A stretch of DNA of 63,735 nt, the filler included, from Octopus bimaculoides (Eukaryota): assembly GCF_001194135.2 (NCBI RefSeq). It is 6 parts of 5 records of this genome, joined end to end, with 100 filler letters (N's around TTAATTAATTAA, not from the genome) between each part and the next. Parts side by side here need not be neighbours in the genome. Positions count along the whole stretch, not along the records: positions 7,835 to 20,859 come from NC_068982.1; positions 20,960 to 46,004 come from NC_069002.1; 4 more parts are not named here. One strand, 5' to 3'. The position numbers and the translations under genes are program-made. Of this stretch, positions 13,157 to 25,274 are shown in pieces; positions within the stretch are counted from its first letter, which is position 1, and each line of letters begins with the position of its first letter. The notes below the pieces were generated by a model. That model made no database searches and was not told the DNA's origin. It saw nothing but the letters and a program-made list of their open reading frames with translations.

Positions 13157-13205
<49 letters not shown>

Positions 13206-13674
13206 CATACATGTATTTTTATATATATAAATATAGATATATAGATATATATATATACGCATACGTGTGTGTACATGTGCGTATATGTGTGCGTGTGTGC
13301 GCATGTATATAGGCACCAACACTTAAAACACATTTGCGGACATACAGACACTTGTTCACATGTTGAGGCAGACAAGCATTCCTCTACAACCAGCATATAC
13401 CCGCAAAACCCGACAGTGTTGGAATCCAGACACACACATACACTCACGCACAAACACGCACACACGCACACATACATATATATCTATAAATACAAGTACA
13501 CACACATGCACATATATATATGCGTATGTAGCTGTGTGTGTATGTCTGTGTTTGTGTGCATGTTTATGTATTATATATAGAATTGCATTACTTCCATAAG
13601 TCAGATATGTGTATACAGGAATCATGTGTATATGTGTCTTTGTACATGTGCGTGCATCAAAGTGTGTGTGTATA

Positions 13675-14012
<338 letters not shown>

Positions 14013-14689
14013 GGAGAAAGAGAGACAGACAGAGGGGGAGGAGACATCCTTCTTTTGAGAGGGGGAGAAGACATCCTTCTTTTGGCTCTCGAGCCTATCC
14101 CTCTTAAAGCCTTGACTTAGCCTATTACTTCGTGAAAGAATAAGAGAGGGCTGGTTTAAGAGAAATAGAAGAATCATCTCCCGTATAATGTTGGTACTTT
14201 ATTTATGGACCCTGCTCGAAATAGCAAATGCAAGCGTCTCTTTTTCCTTGTAATACTGGTGGTCTTGTATCTTCTAAATTGTTTTCGATTATTATGGTCA
14301 ATAAGAAGAGAAAAGATTGTCAAACTAATTTCGTTACTTCGACATCCAACTTCATTCATATGCCCCTTGGTCATGCGAATCTCAGATATTTCTCAGTGAT
14401 CGATCGAGAACAAGTTCTACTTCATACGATACCTCTTAGGGTCTTAATTTTGATTCTTCATTTTGATCATTGCTCTGAAGCATTCAATGATCACCACTTG
14501 ATGCCTATCCTGTGTGCGGAAAGTTTCTGTTAGATTTTCAGAGCTTGGATTATTTCAGTTCGGCGGCATCTACTTCATGACTATTCTAAATTCGCTCTCT
14601 TAACAGTTTCAATTCACATGATCCTATAGGGGCCAATATAGGGGCCAATATAGGGGCCAGCAGTTAGGTATATTGAGGGCTATTTCACT

Positions 14690-15080
14690 TCAACTGGGAT
14701 ACAGATCAATAGTGTATCGTCGATTTTACCGTTCATCCTTTCGGGGTCGATGAAATAAGTACCAGTTGAGGACTGGGGTCGTAATTGAGTGACCCACTCC
14801 TCTGAAAATTGTTGGCCTTGTGCCAAAATTCGAAACCAATATATAACTGCCTGTTGACACTGCGAATTGGCAATGTCTTTAAAGTACTCTGCAGTATTTG
14901 TTCCGGCTCTTTATGTTCTGAGCTCCAAATTCACTGAAGTCGACTTTCCCGTTCATCCTTTTGGAATCGATAAAGTATTTAACAGTTCAGAACAATAGAT
15001 TAATGGAATTATCAGATCGTGATAACATGACTTGCAGTAACTCCAACTCTGTGCATTTGAGTTCAAATCCTGCCTTGTCA
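14690..15080 (+). mobile_element. Cluster of SINE family B fragments
   Basis: TTCATCCTTTCGGGGTCGATGAAATAAGTACCAG and GAGTTCAAAT-like B-box segments match the complete copy at 41845-42086. Confidence 0.7.
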
Positions 15081-15424
15081 CCATAAAGCGGTGATGCTCT
15101 CGTCAGGATGGAATTGCGACCTATAGATAGTATCAGCAGTCTGGAAACCCTATAGAAACACATTTTGACCGTTTGATCAGAAAATCGACTGTCACTATTA
15201 TTCGCCTTTATATAAGGACAGATAACTACTCGCAACCAACGAGTGCCACTGCCTTAGATAGAAGCTTACCTTTTCTTAATCTCAGATATCTCATAAGAAT
15301 CAGAGTGCATTGTTAAATTCGGAAGATAATAAGCAGAAACTACTTCCCTCCAGGTCTATGTCCACCACTGCCAAAAACTTAAAATTCATCGGCTACCCAA
15401 CGGTAAAATCCAACGAACAAGCTT

Positions 15425-15645
15425 TATGAGGGAGTGCTGAAAGGCTCCTGGCTTTGAGTAAAAGAAAATACAGGGGGATCAGTTAATTATGATTTTCTTC
15501 AATATATTTCCCCCTCTCATTCACACACTTACTGCAGCAGTCCTTCAGTTTTTCTAAGCCCTGTAAAAGAACTCGGAAGGTTGGGCCTCCAGTCAGGCAT
15601 TTTGTTATACCCTTAAAGCCAGGAACTTTTCAGCAACACCTCGTA
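15425..15645. mobile_element. Complete ~220-bp mariner-derived MITE with TIRs and TA flanks
   Basis: Left TATGAGGGAGTGCTGAAAGGCTCCTGGCTTT and right AAAGCCAGGAACTTTTCAGCAACACCTCGTA are inverted repeats. Confidence 0.85.
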
Positions 15646-16704
15646 TATTCAAAGCTGATGTTGGAGATGCGATTCAGAATGAAAATATAGTGCTACACTT
15701 GTCTACTAAGGTGATTGTTTCGGCTTCCTCATGTGGGCTTGAGTCCTGTATTTGTGTATTTTATAAACGACGTATATTCAATACATAACATCATGTCGAT
15801 ACTATATTATTAGATTCAATCTTAGAGTTATCAAGAATCGCCAAGTTACAGGGACGTAAACAAACCAGCACTAGGTACGCTAGGTAAATGCTGTAATGGA
15901 TTACTAGGGCTCCAAGGTTATAGCCGAGACAGTAGTTATGGGTTATGGACCTCGTCTTATATATATATATATATATGTATGTATATATACAAATGTATAT
16001 ATACATGCATACATATATATACATATATATACATATATATATATATTATATATTATATATATATGCATGCATATATATATGCATATATATATATACATAT
16101 ATGCATGCATACATACATACATTCATACATACATACATACATACATGCATACATACATACATAATGCATGCATACGCGGTTGATTTTGCTGAAATTCTAA
16201 TTAAGGAACCTTGGATCTAGGTTAGAGACCGGCTCTTTCTCTATTGGCAAGAAATCTTGAAATGTAACTAAATAATGACATACATACATGCATTGTTCCC
16301 TAAAAGCAGTGTGTGTATTTATGTATGTATGTTATGTTTTGAATAATAATTGTTTATGAAATAAAATTTTAAGATTCGATATCTGTGTGCATATATGTGT
16401 GTGTGTGTAGCATGTATGCATACATTGTTAGAGAGAGAAAGAGGGTAGCATATTCGAACTGTGGATGTTTAGTGTACAATCTTATTTAGCAACTGAGGCA
16501 CTCAAATATTCCATTAAATCGTTTCTTATTCTATGTAGTTATATAACGCAAGGGAATTTTCCCGTTGTTCCGTTGAATCTGCCATCCACCGTCCCCAGCA
16601 TGCGATTATAATGAAGCTGTATTTTTTTCCGAGATCACATTGCTAACAACATATGTCAGAAATAATCCAGCTAGGTTTTGAACAGTTCTGTGCATGTACA
16701 CAAG

Positions 16705-16764
<60 letters not shown>

Positions 16765-17708
16765 TATATTTTATTATATTATATTAACACTGAACAGCTA
16801 AATGAATAAAAACGCTAAGATATTCACAAGAGAATTCGAACACACATCCTTCAGCAATTGCAGAGTAGATCGTGAATTATGTAATTTAACTTTGTGCTAC
16901 ATTACCATATTGTTTTTATACCCTTTTATTTTGAGTCAAAACAGTTGAAATAACAAATGCTCTTATAGCCGTCCATGTTTTTGTATTCTAAACTTCAATA
17001 TTTCGCGTGTAACGTCATAATAATTCTAATATTCTCTCGAGATGTCATGCCCGCATAAGAATAAGGAACCAGTATTAATATTATCTGCAGGAACTTTTAC
17101 ATAAAGTAAAAACACTGCCAACAGAATACTTCAAAAGAATACAGTATTACAATATTTCCAAAACGGGGACGAAATAGAATGTTTTAACAAAGCAGAAATA
17201 ATGATTAACATTTTAATGTTGTGTTCGCATTTCATTTATTCATATGTTTTAAAATATTATTTTAAATGTAGGAGACATCCATTCGTGTATATCACAAAAT
17301 ATTTTGGTATCTCAAGAGAATTATAACATGGTTGGTTATGACCTTAGATATTTGTGTCTTTCTATGTTGGCTGCTGAGATACATTAAATATGAATTAAAA
17401 TTTCATTAAGCAACATGTAAATTTTGCTTAATTTTACATGTAAATTATCCCATATGGTGAATATGAATGGAAACGCCATTACTGGAAAGAGAAACATAAC
17501 GAGTCAACAAAGCAGCTTCAATGTAATCACTGGATTTAACAGAAATAACAGCCAAATCTCCTTCAGTTCACACGTTACAGGCCGTAACGTTTGAACTGCG
17601 GGTAATTGAGGGACGATATTGTGGATAATGCATCAAGTCTGAGGAAAAGCCTCTGAACATAGATCTATTCGATTAATTATAACCTGACGCTGAGAAATAA
17701 CAAAAGCA

Positions 17709-17920
17709 TACCGTATTTTCCGGCATACAAGTCGAATTTTTCAGTTCAAAACTTATAGCCAAAATAATATAGGTCGACTTATACACCAAGACAACTTTAG
17801 AGGAGGTAAAAATTCCATGAGAATGCAACAGGATTTGGAAAGATAGTGATAATGTTTGAATGTTTACACTGCATGTATACACTATATATTACGTTGACTT
17901 GCATACCGGAAAATACGGTA
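17709..17920. mobile_element. pogo/Tigger-type MITE, 208 bp, TA target duplication
   Basis: TA|CCGTATTTTCCGGCATACAAGTCGA ... GTTGACTTGCATACCGGAAAATACGG|TA; ~25-bp TIRs. Confidence 0.88.
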
Positions 17921-18206
17921 ACTTCTAGTGCTATTGCAACAATAACAACGTTGAATTCTAATATAGGCACAAGGCCACACAATTTGAAGGAGAGGGAGTA
18001 CTTATTCGGTACATATTGTACTACCCGACAAAACGATTAAAGACAGAGTGCACTTTGACGAGATTTAGTAGCATGAAATTGTAAGTAAATATTGTTGCCT
18101 GCAAGCCGACCTCAATCCTCGCGCCATTACATAACCCACAATCAGAACTGAAAGCGTTTGCTAAACTTTTATTTGGGTCAACTGGGCAATCAGGTTTCGG
18201 GGATTT

Positions 18207-18579
18207 ATACGAGTGATCTTGTTTCACCCAGACAATGTTCGAGCACACAAGTCCTTGCTCTCAACGGCCATCGTGTGTTACTGGCTTTGAACTGGTTGAT
18301 CACCTTCCCTAATCTCTGGATTGGGCCCCATCTGACTTTTATCTGTTCCTCAACATGGAAAAACACTTGACTGGGAAACATATTGCAGGGATGATGACGT
18401 CATGTCTGATGCTGTTGACCAACAGAATTAAAGCTTCTTCACCAATGGCATCCAAGCACTGTAACACCCATGGAAGGAGTGTGTAGATCGCATGAGTGAC
18501 TGTTGAAAAATAAACCTCATCTGATCATATTCCATGAGCGTATTTTGGTCAGCCTACGTATTTTTCAGTAGATCTCGTA
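18207..18579 (+). mobile_element. Mariner (DD34D-type) transposase C-terminal remnant with right TIR
   Basis: Frameshifted FHQDN-like, HLP*SLDWAPSDFYLF (cf. YSPDLAPSD) and FFTNGIQAL.HxWKxCVD-like segments; ends ...CTCGTA. Confidence 0.8.
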
Positions 18580-19972
18580 AAGGCCTCTGTGTTATTGAAT
18601 AAGTAGCTTTCATTTTAAAATCTCACTGGACACAAGAATTTCAACAACCATTGTGTATAAACTTCTGAATTTTTTCTTACCATAAACCTGTCAGCTGTCG
18701 CCTTCGAGGCGGCTTGATCGATGCCTTATCTGGTTGTTTGCATGTTTCTATAATTTTGTATTACTCATTGGCTACCAGCACGACTGCTGCAACCACCACC
18801 TCTACCCCCACACACAAACATACACAATAATTCAGTGTTCACCTTTCGTAGAAAAATGGCATTGAAGAGTATGCCTATGAATTCTTGCTGTTGCTTTGGC
18901 AGTTATCGTTCCAACATTTTCCTTGCTTATTTTGTTGGTTTCTTTTAGCTTATTCTGGTTAACTATGAGACCGTGCCTTTCTGTGCTGTTGATGTTGTTG
19001 TTGTTGTCGTCGTCGTCGTCGTATATGTTGTATTTGGTGTTTTTTCTTTTTTGTCTTTTCACGGCAACGGGCTTTTTTTTTTAACTTTTATATTACTGTA
19101 GAAGTTACAGTGGTTTGGGTGATGGCAGGAGGGCTTGCATAATATTTAGTGTGGCTCATCAACTGAGACGTGCTATAATCTAGGCTCCCTTACAGTGGTC
19201 ATTTTACAAGAATCAGGAGAAAATGAAGAAAAAGGAGGAGGAGCGAAAGCTGGTTTGTGCACGTTGGGCAAGTATTTTCTATTATGACTCCAGGCCGACC
19301 AAAGTCTTGTGAGTAGATTTGGTAGACGGAAACTGGGAGAAGCTCATCGCATATATGTATACGTATATGTGTATGTATATGTATATGTGCATGTGCGTGT
19401 GTATGTCTGCTGGAGGCCATATAGTAGCAGACTCTTGCCCAAGATGCCAAGTAGTGGAAATGAACACAAAACCATGCAGTTGGAAAGCAAACTTCTTACC
19501 ATGCAGCCAAAAAGTATTAATTATCACATTTGTCAATCCAATCATACATTTAATTCACATAAGTCATTTATTAAAGTGGACTGTTTTAGAGGAAACACTA
19601 AATCGAAGAATACAAAAAATGTACATTCAAACTGTCTGGATGTAGCAATGTGTGTTCCTAGCAGCTAGGGACAGTGTAAGAACGACATGGCATCGTTTTT
19701 CCTTATATTTCTCTAACCTACAAGAAATATCTCACTTCCGTTCCTAAAGCAACGACTTCCATATGCTTTCAGGAATCAATGTGTCACAGATGGGGAACAT
19801 CAAAAGCCTGCATAGCTCTTGGACCTGAAAGTTGGTTACCGATGCCATATTAATTCATCGTCGTGTTATATCAAATTCTCGGCAACCAAATGGAAATATT
19901 CTCCATTGCAACTGCACTAACAGCAGAAAGCAGAAACAGTCGTCAGCAATTCCTTTTTCAGTATTTCAATTA

Positions 19973-19974
<2 letters not shown>

Positions 19975-20040
<66 letters not shown>

Positions 20041-20396
20041 CTTCTTCTTCTTCTTCTTCTTCTTCTTCTTCTTCTCTTACTTCTCTTCTTCGCCACCATC
20101 ATCATTATCATCGTCACCATCGTCATCGTCGTCGTCGTCGTTCTCCCCCTCCTCCTCCATCTCCTCCATCTCCTCCATCTCCTCCATCTCCTCCATCTCC
20201 TCCATCTCCTCATCCCCTCCTCCTCCTTCTTCTACTGTTTTGCTCCTACTCCTCATCCTCATCCTTCCTCTTCTTCTATATCTGTTTTTATTACACAAAT
20301 TTTATCACTGTATATGTGTGTGTGTGTTTATGATAACATTCTTCTTCTTTTACTTCTCCTTCACCCACCCACCCTCCTTATTTTTCTTCCTCCATA

Positions 20397-20437
<41 letters not shown>

Positions 20438-20440
20438 TTG
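19975..20440. repeat. Compound trinucleotide repeats (TAC)n(TTC)n(TCA/TCG)n(CCTCCATCT)n ... (ATT)n
   Basis: Directly visible; source of the poly-Y/F/S/T/R ORFs. Confidence 0.95.
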
Positions 20441-20489
20441 CCAGGGCAGTGAAGTGGCAGAATAGTTAGAACATCTGACAAGATTCACC

Positions 20490-20859
20490 GTGCTTCTTCA
20501 TCATGTTGAACAGTTAATCCCTACGCATTTTTTCTCTCTCCGACCTTTTTATCTTTCGTTCTCCATTTTTCCCCTCTCAATCTTTCATGTCGAAGAATGT
20601 AGGCTCAAAACGTCGAAGACATTTCCATTCTTCCCGAGTGCCAAACAATTTTCTGTAAATTCGACCCCACGCACCCCCACCATTTACTTCCTCCCCAAGA
20701 TCCATAAACCGAACAACCCTCGCAGCCCCAATGTCTCTGCCTGCAACTGCTCCACCGAGCTTATCTCAAAATACCTAGACCGTGTCCTCGCCCCCCTAGT
20801 GGCTTCTCTCCCTTCCCACATTCATGACACTAACCACGCGCTTCGTCTATTTAACTCAA
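20490..20859 (+). mobile_element. Penelope-like element: pseudo-LTR-like segment plus N-terminal RT fragment
   Basis: TPRTPTIYFLPKIHKPNNPRSPNVSACNCSTELISKYLDRVLAPLVASLPSHIHDTNHAL matches the PLE RT signature LPKIHK..P.RPIVS...LPSYIKDT; runs into a gap. Confidence 0.85.
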
Positions 20860-21179
20860 NNNNNNNNNNNNNNNNNNNNNNNNNNNNNNNNNNNNNNNNN
20901 NNNTTAATTAATTAANNNNNNNNNNNNNNNNNNNNNNNNNNNNNNNNNNNNNNNNNNNNTCATCATCATCATTCTTCCTCTTCTTGTTCTTCTTGTTCTT
21001 CTTCTTGTTCTTCTTCTTCTTCTTCTTCTTCTTCTTTTTCTCCTCCTCCCCCTCCTCCTTCTTCTTCTTCTTCTTTGCCGCCCCCTTTCTCGGCTACTAC
21101 TGCTGCTTGGGGCTGCAACTACCTACTACCTGCTACGAAGCCTTCACATGAGTAAATAGGTACACCCCTTCAAAAGCTA

Positions 21180-21540
21180 AGAACCAAATTCTTGACCATT
21201 TCTGTGAATACAACACTTTCACTCCATCTCATACTTTTGTTCGTCGTCCAGCTCGATCCGAATCGAAGTATAAATACACACTTTGATACTTGATAGTATT
21301 GGACGAGGCCATGTCTAACTTAATAGCGCCCAGTGGTGAAATCATTTAAATCAGGAATCGGACGTTCGTGGGAAGAACCATTTTAACGATGCGTACTGCC
21401 TTAATTCTTCGAAACGCCGGAGTTTTAATGGTGGCAGCTGATGAAGGGGATGTTTCTATGTGGCCTGCTTGTTTGTTGCACGTTGTTTACCATTTTGTCC
21501 TTGTTCTTTTGCCACGTCATGTACCCAGTTATGTATCTAT
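21180..21540 (+). mobile_element. Possible PLE 3' end (EN tail plus pseudo-LTR)
   Basis: Degenerate EN-tail-like peptide, then ACCATT...CGAAACGCCGGAGTT..AATGGT and CTGATGAAG, resembling hammerhead cores. Confidence 0.4.
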
Positions 21541-22463
21541 ATGTACGTGTAGATGAACGTATATACATACATGTGCATATATATACATATACTCATATAT
21601 TGTTTGTATCACGACAGAACGCACGCGTTACCTTTATACAGTAAGTTTTAACTATTTTTCTAACGTGACTCTCTCTATTTCTNNNNNNNNNNNNNNNNNN
21701 NNNNNNNNNNNNNNNNNNNNNNNNNNNNNNNNNNNNNNNNNNNNNNNNNNNNNNNNNNNNNNNNNNNNNNNNNNNNNNNNNNNNNNNNNNNNNNNNNNNN
21801 NNNNNNNNNNNNNNNNNNNNNNNNNNNNNNNNNNNNNNNNNNNNNNNNNNNNNNNNNNNNNNNNNNNNNNNNNNNNNNNNNNNNNNNNNNNNNNNNNNNN
21901 NNNNNNNNNNNNNNNNNNNNNNNNNNNNNNNNNNNNNNNNNNNNNNNNNNNNNNNNNNNNNNNNNNNNNNNNNNNNNNNNNNNNNNNNNNNNNNNNNNNN
22001 NNNNNNNNNNNNNNNNNNNNNNNNNNNNNNNNNNNNNNNNNNNNNNNNNNNNNNNNNNNNNNNNNNNNNNNNNNNNNNNNNNNNNNNNNNNNNNNNNNNN
22101 NNNNNNNNNNNNNNNNNNNNNNNNNNNNNNNNNNNNNNNNNNNNNNNNNNNNNNNNNNNNNNNNNNNNNNNNNNNNNNNNNNNNNNNNNNNNNNNNNNNN
22201 NNNNNNNNNNNNNNNNNNNNNNNNNNNNNNNNNNNNNNNNNNNNNNNNNNNNNNNNNNNNNNNNNNNNNNNNNNNNNNNNNNNNNNNNNNNNNNNNNNNN
22301 NNNNNNNNNNNNNNNNNNNNNNNNNNNNNNNNNNNNNNNNNNNNNNNNNNNNNNNNNNNNNNNNNNNNNNNNNNNNNNNNNNNNNNNNNNNNNNNNNNNN
22401 NNNNNNNNNNNNNNNNNNNNNNNNNNNNNNNNNNNNNNNNNNNNNNNNNNNNNNNNNNNNNNN

Positions 22464-22500
<37 letters not shown>

Positions 22501-22699
22501 GAGAGGTAATGGTGTCAATAATACCCAAAGGTGTCAGGTAATGCTGAGTAAATGCTATGGACAGACCATAGTTAAGCTCCAGGTTCGGTAATTATGCGAA
22601 TAAGGTCCAACGTAGGTCATATATCAACATGTGTATATATTAAAATTATTTTTCAAAATGAAATTAAAAAAAAACCCAAAGCTGTGAAGATTTTAGAAC

Positions 22700-23800
22700 A
22701 TTTATAAATAGGTCTTAAAGCTGTTTTCAGGATATCTATTGTATCCCTTCATCGGAGACGGTGTGAGAGGATGGTTTAGCAATTTAGATAAGACATGAAA
22801 TAGAGAGTGAAGTGGAGGAATGAAAATAGATGTGAGATATGCCGGGATATTGCATTTGCGGATCCATTATTTAGGCAGAATGGCATACATATAACATTCC
22901 AACACCTTGTGAGTAAATTCCAATAGTCTTTAAAATTGGTCATTCCAAGTATAGTGTTTGTACACGATGCTACTGAATCGAGGGTTTTATTTAGTGTCCT
23001 AAATGTAGGGAATGTATTTGTAAGGACAAATCAAAAACAAGAAGAGAGGAATAAAGAAAAGAGGAAAAAGAGTATTATTGGTATGGGCGTTTACGCTGTT
23101 TTCGGTATTTTTGGTGTTACGTGGGTTAGCTTTGGCTTCTTTTATATTACTGATATTTTTATTATGCTTAATTGTTTCCTTCTTATTGTTAGTGTGGTTT
23201 GCAGTAGGGTTTGGTGCGTTATATATATATATATATATATATATATNNNNNNNNNNNNNNNNNNNNNNNNNNNNNNNNNNNNNNNNNNNNNNNNNNNNNN
23301 NNNNNTGTGTGTGTGTGTGTGTGTGTGTTTCGGTCATTTGTATAGTTATTGGGGTCTAGGTATTTATTTTTATGGTTGAATCCTGCTTTATGTAGTGCGA
23401 TATTATAGATTTCCTTATGCCTATTAAAAATATCCTGGTTAGAGGAGAGGCGTGATATTCTATTGCTTATGCTATGTGCTAAGCCTCTCTTAAGGAATAG
23501 CTGGTGGTTATTGGATGCGTGTATGTATTTGAGATTAGTGTTTGGCTTTATGTAAGGTTCATGGAGTCATGTGGCTAGGTTTGCAGTTTGCATTTAAGTA
23601 ATTTATGGAGGCGTGTTCAATTTCTATGGAAATGGCTAGTCCGAATCTTTTAAGGAAGTTGTGTAGGTTTTTCTTGATGAGTTCAAGTTTCCTGTTTGAG
23701 GGATTATTAATTATGAAAAGCGCGTCGTCCCAGTATGAAGAGATCTGCCAATTAAATTGGCAAATCGAAACGATCATAAATGTAACATTACATGGCCTCT
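22700..23800 (-). mobile_element. Penelope-like element remnant: RT palm/thumb and Asn-rich linker, Hydra-like
   Basis: YWDDAL...IKKNLHNFLKRFGLAISIE and PYIKPNTNLKYIHASNNH...SISNRISRLSSNQDIF...YNIALHKAGF, followed by an N/T/K-rich tract. Split by (TA)n/(TG)n and a gap. Confidence 0.8.
22712..22759 (-). ncRNA. Degenerate minimal hammerhead-like motif
   Basis: Reverse complement GTCT CCGATGA AGGGATA-caataga-TATCCT GAAAA CAGCTTT AAGAC: stems I and II can form, but the core and helix III are imperfect. Confidence 0.4.
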
Positions 23801-23922
23801 ACCTAATTGATTAAATTAATGGCTAATTAGCGCAATCGACCTGATTCTTCCTGTGTTTGTTTCTCCATTCTCTACATGATTATATATATATATATATATA
23901 TTCGTATACATATACATATATG

Positions 23923-25155
23923 CCGTGAGGTGGGGTAAATGTGCACCTTTTTTGCTATTTTTGGTAATAAAACAACGATTCAGGAGACTACTGAAAAAAA
24001 TGGGACTATGTTTTCAAGCTCTTTATTGGTACAACCTTTTGCGTATATAGCCATATTTCTACACAAATTACAGAAAGCAATACCTATAGAAGTGATTCAT
24101 CCATGAGTCCTCTGAATCTTCACGTAAAAGTGTACCAACATAATGGTATGGTGGATTCTTCTCTAAAAAATCTTGCAATCACATAGCATGCATTCTTTAG
24201 CTTCTCAATAGATGTGCCCCTACGTTCTGAAATTTGCTGGGACTCTTCAAGTGTGGTAGCTTCAGGTTCTGTCTCATCTTCCGAGCTTGGAATAAAGGTA
24301 GGGTGTCATCTGGTTCTTCAGAGGAACTGTCGTCTTGGTCGATATGTAGCTTTTTGGGGGATTTCGCTTTCTCTGGGATTGGAGGTCAGATGGACCTGGA
24401 GTAAGATCATCCATGTAGGTGTTTTTTCCTGGTGAAACATGAATCCTCTTTACTCGAAGGGCCGCTGCAGAGTTTTTAGCTGAAGCTTCTCGAAGTCGCG
24501 TCAGATATCCAATAACAATCTGTCATACAAGATATGATGGTGATTCTGGCTTTGAAATCTTGAAAAGAACCTTCTGTCTGTTAAATGTATAGAGACCTGT
24601 TGTTTAAAAGCCATTTATAGCATATCTTTTTGTGTTCCATTTTGCCCAGGAGGATGGACAGCAGTTTTGGGAAATGAATCTTTGGCAGGGTTGTGTGGAA
24701 CCTTCCTCCATGCTGCTTTCATTGGTGCACAGACTACAATGTCAAGTGGCTGCAGCAAATGAGTTCTATTGTAATAGCCCCACCTTATTGTAATATGATA
24801 TTGCTGACTAATACTTTCATCTAAAGACATGTAAATTAGCGTCAATCTACCACAGGATATGTGTCATAAATGTGCCAGAATTCAATGCTCTTGGTCAATG
24901 TTATCACAGGTAGCTTACCCTTAGTGTTTCCACCTTCGATTTGTTCACTAGATCCGAAAATATTGCTCTTCGGGTGTCAAATCTGCCCAGCGGCCTCTTA
25001 ATGTCCCTCACAGCTATAATTTTTTAACGTCAAACACCACGGGAACAATCGTGAACAGATCAGCACCTGTAAAGAAAAGACGGACATTAGTAGTGTGCGT
25101 TGTGACAATTATTAAAAAATATTTTACATGGGTGCATATTTACCACCCCTCGTGG
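23923..25155 (-). mobile_element. pogo-superfamily (DDE_1) DNA transposon, internally decayed, both TIRs present
   Basis: TIRs (TG)CCGTGAGGTGGGGTAAATGTGCACC and (TA)CCACGAGGGGTGGTAAATATGCACC (rc) match 21/27. Internal peptide RTHLLQPLDIVVCAPMKAAWRK fits the pogo THxLQPLD motif. Confidence 0.8.
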
Positions 25156-25274
25156 TATATATAAACGTGTGCATACTGTTGAATTAGAAATTATGGTACA
25201 CCCCTCCCATGTGACGAATGGAATAACCTAATCACTATAAATAAAGAGCGTACGTAGTAGGCGGTCAGAGATAG

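Noticed and set aside
14170-14600. Possible host exon or second Tx1 ORF1 remnant (IIIENNLEDTRPPVLQGKR)
   Set aside because: Multiple stops in all frames and only a faint knuckle-like resemblance; not supportable.
14625-14660. (TATAGGGGCCAA)x3 and the 27-bp duplication at 14032-14085
   Set aside because: Short local slippage duplications with no sign of function.
19832-20452. Poly-Tyr/Phe/Ser/Arg ORFs on both strands
   Set aside because: Translations of trinucleotide microsatellites.
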